A stretch of DNA of 41,874 nt from a virus. Its lineage: Duplodnaviria > Caudoviricetes. Shown in pieces: positions 29,258 through 37,342 of the stretch. Position numbers and translations under genes: made by a program. Position 1 is the first letter of the stretch, and each line of letters starts with the position of its first letter. The notes beneath the pieces are model-generated. The model worked only from the letters and a program-made list of their open reading frames with translations, was not told the DNA's origin and searched no databases. The stretch covers positions 1 to 41,874 of the IMG/VR virus record IMGVR_UViG_3300009678_000089; one strand, given 5' to 3'.

Positions 29258-30440
29258 GATCCTCTCCCTCTGCCTTTGATTTCCTCGGCCTTTGAACTGT
29301 CACATACTGTTGTTGATACGCTGGGAATTTCCGCTCCGGCATAGGGTGGTCTACGTATCGAATAGTCCAACCTTCGCCAACTGCCTTGTTATCTGGAAGC
29401 TTAGTTACGATCTCCTTTGCCTCAGCTTTTAGCAACCTCATTTCATCGTCACGAACCTTACACTCATCCTGTAGAGTTAACACTCGGAATGCAATTGCTT
29501 CCAACTTCTCGAGTTCCAAAGCGTCAAGGTCGCCATTAGGAACAGTTCGTTTTTTAGGTGCATCATAATTGTGCAGGAATTTGGTATCGCAGAAGAAGTT
29601 TTCCTCGGTACACTCCATTGATATAGGGCGGCCAGTTCTAACAGATTGCTCCAACATCTCCACTCTGTTGTAATAGTCTGCTTTCCTGGGGAAGTCCTGG
29701 GGATTAACAAACTCATATTTCGTTCTCTTAACTTTGAATGCGATGTCGGAATCTGGGTCGTCAATCGGCACCTTCCAACCGTAGAGGAATATTACTGGCA
29801 ATGCTGATTCGGCGCCGAAATAATAACTCCCGCCCTGCCATTTATACTGACGGATTAATAGGTTCTTAATATCATTGGCGGGCGTATGCATATATTTCAT
29901 TGCCTCCTTCCACAACGCCTCACCCAGTGTCTTAACTTCGCCAATGAATACCTGGCCCAATTTCCATTCACAGTTGACCGGCGCCTCGACCAATTGCAAT
30001 AGACAATCAAGGTGCCCGTTAATCTCCACGCCATCATACAGTTTCCATGTCACGCCAAATTCCGCATCTGAGTCCTTTAGCTGTCGGGCTGTTGGAATAT
30101 GGCGCCAATCAGCAGGGTCAGATGGATCGAGAATCTTGAACTTCATTCCCGTTTCTTTATGAATTCTCTTTATGCATTGCTTTAACGTTATGGGCTCGAG
30201 AATCGACGATACCTGCATGGCTTCAGTTGCCCACGAGTCGCCCTGTGTGCCTTTCTCCCGGCCTTTCTGGGAGGCTAGGTAGGAGAGTCCTACCGGGCAG
30301 CTTCCGACGCCGGAGGCGCGAATATAGACGGTTCCGTCAAATAGATAAACACTAGCTCTGGAGTAGGGATTTCCTGATTTCGGATTCACTGGATATCCTA
30401 GTGTTGGTGGCCTGTCTGATTTGATGTTATCCAATGGCAT
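29178..30440 (-). CDS. Cas4-like PD-(D/E)xK exonuclease
   Basis: IRASGVGSCP, INGHLDCLL, IGEVKT, YKWQGGSY (QxxxY), C-terminal C..C..H. Confidence 0.8.
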   Translation of the reverse strand: MPLDNIKSDRPPTLGYPVNPKSGNPYSRASVYLFDGTVYIRASGVGSCPVGLSYLASQKGREKGTQGDSWATEAMQVSSILEPITLKQCIKRIHKETGMKFKILDPSDPADWRHIPTARQLKDSDAEFGVTWKLYDGVEINGHLDCLLQLVEAPVNCEWKLGQVFIGEVKTLGEALWKEAMKYMHTPANDIKNLLIRQYKWQGGSYYFGAESALPVIFLYGWKVPIDDPDSDIAFKVKRTKYEFVNPQDFPRKADYYNRVEMLEQSVRTGRPISMECTEENFFCDTKFLHNYDAPKKRTVPNGDLDALELEKLEAIAFRVLTLQDECKVRDDEMRLLKAEAKEIVTKLPDNKAVGEGWTIRYVDHPMPERKFPAYQQQYVTVQRPRKSKAEGEDLELGESDKQSNDGKPAKIVWQKLPGT

Positions 30441-30462
30441 TGAGTTCCCCGTGAAGTCAAAG

Positions 30463-30502
30463 ATGGCCGGTAATGCTCACTGACTGTTGCATTACCGGCC
30501 AT
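30463..30502. terminator. perfect 14-bp hairpin (terminator or processing site)
   Basis: ATGGCCGGTAATGC / GCATTACCGGCCAT. Confidence 0.6.
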
Positions 30503-30518
30503 TCTTATTGGCTAGATG

Positions 30519-30797
30519 TTACTGTTCGTAGAGGATGTCTGACTCGAATAGGCTCGAGTATTTCTGTTCATCCCAAGGGTTCTGTTCCTCGCCAGTTTCA
30601 TCTACAATACCGATATCTTCGAGAATGGCAGACTCAATGGCATTTTCGATTGTGGAGTCCAAATCGAAAATCGCATCATGTACCAAATCCAAGTCAATGT
30701 CATCTGATGCCAAGGACTCTTTGCGAATTCGGTACGTGTAGATGACAACGATTTCCTCCTCGCCTACACACAATGTCTCATGATGGTAAGTTGTCAT
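30519..30797 (-). CDS. small, highly acidic protein
   Basis: 92 aa, very rich in D/E. Confidence 0.7.
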   Translation of the reverse strand: MTTYHHETLCVGEEEIVVIYTYRIRKESLASDDIDLDLVHDAIFDLDSTIENAIESAILEDIGIVDETGEEQNPWDEQKYSSLFESDILYEQ

Positions 30798-30803
30798 GGC
30801 GTG

Positions 30804-31424
30804 TTAGAACTCCCACAAATCAGCGTTCAGAACCTGGCGCCTCAATTGCTTTGATTCTTTAACAACGTCCAGGTCCAACGCTGCCTCCTGGAATTCGTCA
30901 TAGCTATTAGAGTTTGTAACGAGGTCAACGATTTCTTGCGGGTAAGTGGCAGGTTCCGACGTTGCGGCAACGGTACTACCATTATCCGCACGATCCTCGT
31001 CAGTTTCAGGAAGCATGATTTGCCACTTGAATTCTTTACCGTCATTGCCCGTGCCAACAGATTCATGACGAATCCAGGTGCAACTAAGTCCGATCCAAGA
31101 CTTAGCGATATTTGGCGGACCGTTCTTTTGAATCTGCTCGATGCCGCCCGTTTCAATGAGGGTGTCAATGAGGCGACCAATCCCCGAGCTCTCATTGAAC
31201 ATATGGTTCTTCAAATCACTGACATCAACTTCATTCGGGGAGATTAGCGGGGCCTTCTTCCCGCACCCATAGAAGTTCTCAATCTCTCCGATTTCGCCGC
31301 CGGCATTAACGGTGAGCTTTAGGGTAGTACCGCCGTTGTTATTCACGTCAAAGTACGCATCTGTTACAGGACCAGTGAATCGGTCCTCCAATCCAGATAC
31401 GGTACCCCATCCTGCTTCTGTCAT
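30804..31424 (-). CDS. hypothetical protein, possibly ssDNA-binding
   Basis: Start at ATG 31424 after GAAAGGTG; beta-rich N-terminal domain, acidic linker; position in the recombination module. Confidence 0.45.
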   Translation of the reverse strand: MTEAGWGTVSGLEDRFTGPVTDAYFDVNNNGGTTLKLTVNAGGEIGEIENFYGCGKKAPLISPNEVDVSDLKNHMFNESSGIGRLIDTLIETGGIEQIQKNGPPNIAKSWIGLSCTWIRHESVGTGNDGKEFKWQIMLPETDEDRADNGSTVAATSEPATYPQEIVDLVTNSNSYDEFQEAALDLDVVKESKQLRRQVLNADLWEF

Positions 31425-31517
31425 TATATATTCACCTTTCAATGTGGTTTGCTGGTTTATCCCTGACCCTGAAAATGGGAGGGCGAATAATAAGATTACC
31501 TCGTGTTAATAACTAAG

Positions 31518-32039
31518 TCAATCAAATCTTCCGGTGCGCATGGCTGCGTGTAGAATTCCTAGTGGTTGTTCCAATACGGCTTTATGGCCGGGAACAACCT
31601 CGCATAATTTCCTGGACAATGCTTCGCTACTCTGAACGATTAATTCAGTGAGGTTATTGAAGTCCCCGATAGCTAGACATTGTAGTGTCGTGACAATTTC
31701 TCGAGGGTAGTTCGTCATGGTAATCTTGATAACGTGACGGTCCTCTATTGCCTCGACAGTTGACTCGGGGAATGGAATGAAATCTCCACGGTAATGATGG
31801 GTTACTTTATGTAGATCATAGGTGAACATTTCAATAACCTGCATGAAACTCGCTCGTGCCAGGCCAACGTCAACGATGACTTTATCTGGAATTTCAACTG
31901 TGGCGGTAGCGGTCATCCAATTTAGTTCAGTTGGCTGCCATTCATGCTCGAGGAATTCCCCGTCGAGTTGAGGTAGCGAATCAATCAGTGGTTCAAGTTC
32001 AGCAAAGATGCTCTCAATATATTCATCTACACTATCCAT
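31518..32039 (-). CDS. hypothetical protein
   Basis: GGGAGA RBS; overlaps the helicase stop. Confidence 0.7.
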   Translation of the reverse strand: MDSVDEYIESIFAELEPLIDSLPQLDGEFLEHEWQPTELNWMTATATVEIPDKVIVDVGLARASFMQVIEMFTYDLHKVTHHYRGDFIPFPESTVEAIEDRHVIKITMTNYPREIVTTLQCLAIGDFNNLTELIVQSSEALSRKLCEVVPGHKAVLEQPLGILHAAMRTGRFD

Positions 32040-34173
32040 TGTTCTCCCATACCAAGCTCTCCATCCACCAATTCGGGATAAACCTTCTTTTATTCCAGAT
32101 GTTCTTCATGAACTGTTGGTCCATGATATATGTTACACAGTGGTCAGACTTACTTCTAACTCCCCGACCTGACATTTGAACGAGAGAACGAATGGTTTGA
32201 ATAGAGTACCAGTCGTTGCCGTTTCGGCCATTAGCTCGGGAAGAGATGAGCCTGTCTTTAAGATTGGGGAATGGGATTTTGGCGATGATGACAACTCGGC
32301 AATCATCATCTTTAAAATCAACCCCACGGTCAAGTGAGGGGGCAATGAGGATTGATCCAGGCGTCGCTCTATACTTAGCGATTGCCCCTTCTCGCTCTTT
32401 AGCGTTACTGTAAGTAACAACTGTTCTTCCATCTTTCTTAACCCTTTCTGCTAGGTAGTTCATTAATTCATAACTCACCGCATGGACTAGGATTCTGTCG
32501 TTGGGATGAGCTCTACACTTTTCCGCTACTGCTTCCCGCATTACCGGCCAAGCTTGTTCCTTATTCTTATACGTCATGTTCGCACTACCGATATATTTAA
32601 TAGGGCGGTTCTCAATTGGGAAGGTCATTGGCACCTGGACGTTCTCGAACTCTTTATCCCAGCCCAAGTCCATCGCCATATGTTCAGCGCTGATAATTGT
32701 AGCGGACATTGCGATCCAAATGCCGCCATGACGCCATAGATTATGTTGTCCGTAGTTATTAACGTAGACTGGTTTCAGTATCAATGCAGAATCGTGAGGT
32801 TGCCGGACCCAAACATTTTCTTCGTTTGATAGTTCCGGTGCAACAGACTGGACCATATCAAGGACCGTTTCCCACCGCTTGAATTCTTCGATATCCTTAA
32901 CAGTAGACTTAGGTAGAGTCTTGATATGAGTAATGAGCTTGTCAAGTACCGTATTTGTGAGCCAGTCGCCAATTTTCTTATACCTCGATCCGTCTTTAGG
33001 AACCTCCTCGCCAATACTCCTCAAATATCTCGCCCCAATCCAACATTCTGCGAATCCCATAAGCTCAGATTCAAGAATATCTGCCTCGTCAGCGACAACC
33101 AAATCTCTATACGAGAACTTACTATGGTAAGCCTTATTGGTCTCGTACAGAAAGTATCTAGTATTAAGGACTGCCAAGGGAGACATCGCTGCATCATTTT
33201 TGGCGATCTTATAGGGACAATATTCAATTCCGGTTGTGTCATCTCGTTCAGGACACCAGATACACTTTGTACCAGTACAATGCGAGCAATTAGTGTCCGG
33301 GCTTCCATATATAGTTGGGTAGTTGGAACGCCCACGAATGACTCGGGCATAATCGAAGTCCTTTACGAATTGATCTTGTAGACTCAGGCTCGAGCAGATA
33401 TACGTTGTTTTCTTTCCGGTCATTAGCCGGATCATCTCACCAATTAGAGTTTTTCCCGATCCCGTTGGAGCGTCAATAAAAATGAGCTTTTGACCGCGAT
33501 TAATTGATTCCAATACAGTTCCAACAGCATCCAACTGATGAGGTCTAATTCCTTCAACCCATTCAGGCAGGCGAGCAAGCTCTTTTTCCCAATCACTTCT
33601 TGGAATAGAGTCATTTGTGGGAAGGTAATGCTGAGTTGCATGTTCTGGTTCTGTGACAAGAGTTAACTGTCCTTCTCCAACATATTCATTAGGACGTTGG
33701 GTTTGAATGTCTCGTTGATTGTGTTCGCCTGATGCCTTGACTTCTTCACTGCCCTTGTCATTGTTGCGTTGAATTTCAATTGCCGATTCCGCGCCCGATC
33801 CCGCTTTCGTTTCCGTTGTAGTCTTGCCCGCTTCAATTTCACTCGGTGCTGAGCTGTCATCTAGTCTAGTCCTTTCAAGTTCAAGTAATACTCCCACCAA
33901 ATGAGAACAACCACTGGCGGCACGAAATTCTCCACCAGCATGAGTCCAACATTCACATTGCCATTTACTGCCATCATAAGTGACATGGTAAGTATCGTAT
34001 TCGTCGGATAGCTTTGAGCTCCCGATGACTGTAAAATCATTGTCGTTGTTCTTTCGGACAGAGCGTTGGCGTGCTCGCTTCTTTAGCGAATCCGATACTC
34101 CAGACAAATCGCCGTACTTCATGCGCCATTTGGTGGATTTCGGCTTCGACTTACTCGTGCCCCAATCTGTCAT
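32032..34173 (-). CDS. DinG/XPD-family SF2 helicase with Fe-S Cys cluster and N-terminal SWIM zinc finger
   Basis: RPHQ Q-motif, APTGSGKT, LQDQF, GRSNYP, CSHC..C..C..CPY, VADEAD, MSATI, RGVDF, KIPFP, QMSGRGVRSKSD; SWIM YHVT..CECW-x-CSH. Confidence 0.92.
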   Translation of the reverse strand: MTDWGTSKSKPKSTKWRMKYGDLSGVSDSLKKRARQRSVRKNNDNDFTVIGSSKLSDEYDTYHVTYDGSKWQCECWTHAGGEFRAASGCSHLVGVLLELERTRLDDSSAPSEIEAGKTTTETKAGSGAESAIEIQRNNDKGSEEVKASGEHNQRDIQTQRPNEYVGEGQLTLVTEPEHATQHYLPTNDSIPRSDWEKELARLPEWVEGIRPHQLDAVGTVLESINRGQKLIFIDAPTGSGKTLIGEMIRLMTGKKTTYICSSLSLQDQFVKDFDYARVIRGRSNYPTIYGSPDTNCSHCTGTKCIWCPERDDTTGIEYCPYKIAKNDAAMSPLAVLNTRYFLYETNKAYHSKFSYRDLVVADEADILESELMGFAECWIGARYLRSIGEEVPKDGSRYKKIGDWLTNTVLDKLITHIKTLPKSTVKDIEEFKRWETVLDMVQSVAPELSNEENVWVRQPHDSALILKPVYVNNYGQHNLWRHGGIWIAMSATIISAEHMAMDLGWDKEFENVQVPMTFPIENRPIKYIGSANMTYKNKEQAWPVMREAVAEKCRAHPNDRILVHAVSYELMNYLAERVKKDGRTVVTYSNAKEREGAIAKYRATPGSILIAPSLDRGVDFKDDDCRVVIIAKIPFPNLKDRLISSRANGRNGNDWYSIQTIRSLVQMSGRGVRSKSDHCVTYIMDQQFMKNIWNKRRFIPNWWMESLVWENNG

Positions 34174-34175
34174 AA

Positions 34176-34364
34176 TTAACTAAGCTCCTTCCAGATGTTC
34201 ATGAAACTACCATCGGACCTAAGAATAACCACCTGAACCGTGTTCTCATTATCGCGGAAGATATCACGGACCTTATATAGTGTATCTTGACTGTGGAGAT
34301 TGTCCTTTGTTGGAACTGAGTGAGGTTGAGCGCGGTAATTGGTCATGTATTTAAGGCTGTCCAT
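34176..34364 (-). CDS. hypothetical protein
   Basis: Start at ATG 34364 after AAGGAGGAG. Confidence 0.7.
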   Translation of the reverse strand: MDSLKYMTNYRAQPHSVPTKDNLHSQDTLYKVRDIFRDNENTVQVVILRSDGSFMNIWKELS

Positions 34365-34509
34365 TTGTCTCCTCCTTTTCCAATTCGCGGTGCGGGCCGT
34401 CATAGACCTGGTAATTCAATGCATGTTTATGGCAGTAATACTCGTCGTATTCAGTGTCCACTACAACGGCGGGGTTTAAGCACACGTTGCACTTTCGTTT
34501 CTGCGGCAT
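34351..34509 (-). CDS. small zinc-finger protein (52 aa, MPQKRKCNVC...YCHKH), missed by the ORF track
   Basis: GGAG RBS; CxxC...CxxH; translated by hand. Confidence 0.7.
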   Translation of the reverse strand: MPQKRKCNVCLNPAVVVDTEYDEYYCHKHALNYQVYDGPHRELEKEETNGQP

Positions 34510-34548
34510 GTAATTAACTCCAATCAATTCTCATTTAATCCAATAGAC

Positions 34549-34603
34549 AACAATAGGCCCCGATCGGTCCTAAATTAATAGGACCAATCGGAGCCGTATT
34601 GTT
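34549..34603 (-). terminator. long imperfect hairpin downstream of the acidic-tail gene
   Basis: ~24-bp stem whose + strand C-A mismatches become G-U pairs on the minus strand. Confidence 0.65.
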
Positions 34604-34697
34604 CGGGGCTTAACCAATTACTTACTCACTGTGAATGCTGTGACATTAGCAGAAAGATTAGCAACGTGGATAAGGACACCCCGATTATGGACAATGA

Positions 34698-35150
34698 TTA
34701 CTCGTCGTCATCGTCATCATCATTGTCATCGGAATCGTCGTCGAGATCATCGTAATCTTCATCGTCATCATCATCGTCGTCGGTTTCGGTTGCGCCATTC
34801 TCCGCAGCCTTTTCCGCACGCTTTGCACGACGCTCTTCCTTCTTAGTTTCCCGAGCGTCAATCTCATCTTCCGTCATTGGGCGGAATGTATTGGAATCCT
34901 TCTTGATAATCAGAATGTACCGATCATCCTTTTCCGGGTGCTCATCGTAGTGAACTTCAATTCCGACGAAGTTATACTCACCACGAACCTTAGTCCTAGC
35001 TGCCTGAACACTAGCCTCAGAACTGTACTCACGAATTCCGTAATACTGGTCATCTACCGGAACCTCGTTAACCAAATTCATAATTACAGGTGTTGCGCCA
35101 GGACGCTTAGTCTTTCGTGGCACATAATTCTCGAGCCGGGTCAAAGCCAT
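34698..35150 (-). CDS. hypothetical protein with a basic helix and a ~27-residue poly-Asp/Glu tail
   Basis: ORF with its own promoter, structured leader and downstream hairpin. Confidence 0.8.
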   Translation of the reverse strand: MALTRLENYVPRKTKRPGATPVIMNLVNEVPVDDQYYGIREYSSEASVQAARTKVRGEYNFVGIEVHYDEHPEKDDRYILIIKKDSNTFRPMTEDEIDARETKKEERRAKRAEKAAENGATETDDDDDDDEDYDDLDDDSDDNDDDDDDE

Positions 35151-35196
35151 TGTTATTCCGTCATCTTTCTGGGGTTAAGGGATGTTTATAATTTTA

Positions 35197-35345
35197 GTGG
35201 CGGGGGATAACCGCCAGGATAACCGTAGAATTAGCCTCGGAGGTAAAGAGGATTAAACCTCGGAGGGTAACCGGGGAGGTTATCCTGCCGAATATTTCCG
35301 GGGGAATCATGCCAGAAATTCCCGGCGATCTATCCCCCACCACGT
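35197..35345 (-). ncRNA. candidate ~150-nt structured RNA or 5' leader (sRNA-3)
   Basis: Closing stem 35197-35209/35331-35343 (G-U only on the minus strand); inner stem 35215-35224/35278-35287; begins just after a promoter. Confidence 0.6.
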
Positions 35346-35350
35346 CCTGA

Positions 35351-35379
35351 ATACTAGCAGGTATATACGGTCAAAGCAA
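35351..35379 (-). promoter_or_regulatory. promoter
   Basis: TTGCTT, 17 nt, TAGTAT with extended TG. Confidence 0.7.
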
Positions 35380-35450
35380 ATCGAATGTCTAAGTCCCCGG
35401 TAAATGGGAGGAATTCCCACCATCGTTAGGGGCACCTAACATTCGGCCGT

Positions 35451-35735
35451 CTATGCTAGCACGATAATTTCTGGCTCGATGATTACCAATTGGGAATAGA
35501 GTAGATCATATTCCGCTGGGTCAAGGATGGCTTCAAGTTCCTGGAGTTTCGATTGGAGATTGTAGCTAAGAGGGTTGCTGTTCCAGAGCTCGATGAATTC
35601 AGTAATGGCATTGTCTGCGTCCATTGGATTGACAACTGGGCCTTGAATTGTTGCTACGAGTTGTGCTGCGGCTTCATCAGCGGCAGTAGCGTAGGCATTA
35701 ATGCTTACTGATCCGAACGGCGGTAGGTCTGACAT
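35451..35735 (-). CDS. acidic hypothetical protein
   Basis: GAGGAGG RBS; abuts the upstream stop. Confidence 0.75.
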   Translation of the reverse strand: MSDLPPFGSVSINAYATAADEAAAQLVATIQGPVVNPMDADNAITEFIELWNSNPLSYNLQSKLQELEAILDPAEYDLLYSQLVIIEPEIIVLA

Positions 35736-36647
35736 TTAATCCTCCTCAGTTACTTCGTAGAATGTTTCTCTCATGCTTGCCTCTGCCCGAATTCTATCAA
35801 TGATTTGCTCACTGCATTCTGGTGCTGCCTTCTTCAATCGGCGTAGTGATTTCTGCTGGAGTTCTACATAATTATAGCAGGCGCCTAATGCGTGCCCAAG
35901 ATTATCAATAGCTGCTTCCAATCTTTCTTCCAAAATGCGGGTTATTCCGGGCAGTGGAATGTCAGGGAGATTATCTGGTTTTAATGCACGTCGTGCATCC
36001 TTCAAAGCCTTAAAGCGTTCATCAATGAGTACGGCATATGACTGCTCCTTAGCCGCCTCATTGAGATCCTTCATTAACCTAAGCTGTTCGGTACACAATG
36101 CTCGAGTATCTGCGTCCATTGAATCTAGAATCCCTTTACGTAGGAATTCGGCCATTCCATGTACTAATGCAGTACGGAGAACATCTTGACTGGAAAAGAA
36201 AACACCCTGCTCACCATTAATCTCAGCATTAGCGATTAGTTTAGCCAATGAGTTTAATGGTGCGGGGTGATAGATTCTAAGACCGTCTGCTGTTGTGGTT
36301 ATTTTCGCTAGGTCAGATGCCCAACTTGCTGTTCCCTTTTCAATATCTAGTGTTAGGAATGGAGCTAGGTAGGTGCTATGTCCATGAACATCTTGAGTTG
36401 GTACTTCCATTTTCCAAGGAGTATCAATAAAGTCATCAGCATGAGCTCGTAGCTTATCTGCCATTTTCTGCGGGTTAGTCTCTCGCAGAATTTGCTTGAT
36501 GCCTTTCTGCTGCGTCCTTTTTCTCTCATGTTTACTAGTGCCCCACCCACCACCGTCTTTATTGGTGGAAGGTAGGGCAATAATTCCGTCTGGCAATTCG
36601 AGTTGTGTTTCAGCTTCGTCGTCGTCATCGCCATTGGCTGATGGCAT
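35736..36647 (-). CDS. hypothetical protein (~303 aa, helical C-terminus)
   Basis: ORF 35736..36716; start likely at ATG 36647 after GGGGAAAGG; own promoter. Confidence 0.75.
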   Translation of the reverse strand: MPSANGDDDDEAETQLELPDGIIALPSTNKDGGGWGTSKHERKRTQQKGIKQILRETNPQKMADKLRAHADDFIDTPWKMEVPTQDVHGHSTYLAPFLTLDIEKGTASWASDLAKITTTADGLRIYHPAPLNSLAKLIANAEINGEQGVFFSSQDVLRTALVHGMAEFLRKGILDSMDADTRALCTEQLRLMKDLNEAAKEQSYAVLIDERFKALKDARRALKPDNLPDIPLPGITRILEERLEAAIDNLGHALGACYNYVELQQKSLRRLKKAAPECSEQIIDRIRAEASMRETFYEVTEED

Positions 36648-36736
36648 ATGGTTAGCCTTTCCCCTTGTAGTTTCCCCTGTTGAACTGATCGCATTAGGCC
36701 AAAAATCGAGGATCATCTAAAGCGACAAGTGTAGGA

Positions 36737-36765
36737 AGTCTACTCTCTGAATAGCATCGAGTCAA
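36737..36765 (-). promoter_or_regulatory. leftward promoter
   Basis: TTGACT, 17 nt, TAGACT. Confidence 0.75.
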
Positions 36766-36788
36766 TAGGCATGGTCCTTTCCAATGGT

Positions 36789-36918
36789 ATGGTATTAATT
36801 TGGTAAAGCAATAGTATGAATTAATGCCCCGACATGCGTTATCCGTATATCCGTGCCTCAGAACCACGGATATAGGGATAACGCATTACTAGATATTGGT
36901 TTACCAAATTGATACCAT
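36789..36918. repeat. nested ~130-bp imperfect inverted repeat
   Basis: Outer arms 36789-36813/36894-36918 (23/25 match); inner arms 36834-36855/36865-36886 (21/22 match). Confidence 0.9.
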
Positions 36919-36981
36919 CATATTAAAATACAAAAGTCCTCATTTCCCATAGGATCAGAGCACTATCGGGAGGAATATTGA

Positions 36982-37010
36982 TTGACTCGACTCTAACCCC
37001 AGTGTATAAT
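36982..37010 (+). promoter_or_regulatory. rightward near-consensus promoter
   Basis: TTGACT, 17 nt, TATAAT. Confidence 0.85.
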
Positions 37011-37016
37011 GTTATT

Positions 37017-37106
37017 AGTGGTTCCGGCCATCCCCTCTGTAGACCGGAATCCCTTTACACTGAGAAATGCCCCTGGAACTTGAGCGATCCAGGGGCATTT
37101 CTCTTT
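37017..37106 (+). ncRNA. candidate ~90-nt small RNA (sRNA-2)
   Basis: Consensus promoter; hairpin GGTTCCGG/CCGGAATC with a C-rich loop; 16-bp terminator stem 37062-37103 plus TTT; no ORF. Confidence 0.7.
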
Positions 37107-37129
37107 GCGTATCAACCTAATCCAATTAG

Positions 37130-37342
37130 CTATTCGCCACAAGCCTTTCGGCAAATATGGCACATTGTGAACTGGTAGGCGGGATGGTTTCTTTTCTGCT
37201 TGAATTCAATCCGCTTCAATACCACACTGTTATTACCCAACTCCTTTAAGCCACAGGCAGTTGACATTTCAGTTCGTCCTGCCAATGGGCGTAAGTGATA
37301 GACTCGAGAATGGAGCGGGTCATTTGGCATTCTAGAGGACAT
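37130..37342 (-). CDS. small zinc-finger protein (H..C..CxxC)
   Basis: Start likely at ATG 37342, with GAGGGG 7 nt upstream. Confidence 0.65.
   Translation of the reverse strand: MSSRMPNDPLHSRVYHLRPLAGRTEMSTACGLKELGNNSVVLKRIEFKQKRNHPAYQFTMCHICRKACGE

Noticed and set aside
29178-34173. Cas4-like plus DinG suggesting a type IV CRISPR-Cas locus
   Set aside because: No repeat-spacer array and no Cas5/6/7-like genes seen; the context is a phage recombination operon
34650-35171. 9-bp complementarity between the RBS region and 3' UTR of the acidic-tail gene (CAGAAAGAT)
   Set aside because: Short enough to arise by chance
35200-35310. Multiple GGA motifs on the + strand resembling a CsrA/RsmA sponge
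   Set aside because: The promoter and G-U wobble polarity both indicate the minus strand is the transcribed one; kept only as an alternative
36789-36918. Palindrome as a retron msr/msd or protelomerase target
   Set aside because: No reverse transcriptase or tyrosine-recombinase/protelomerase motifs recognisable in any ORF
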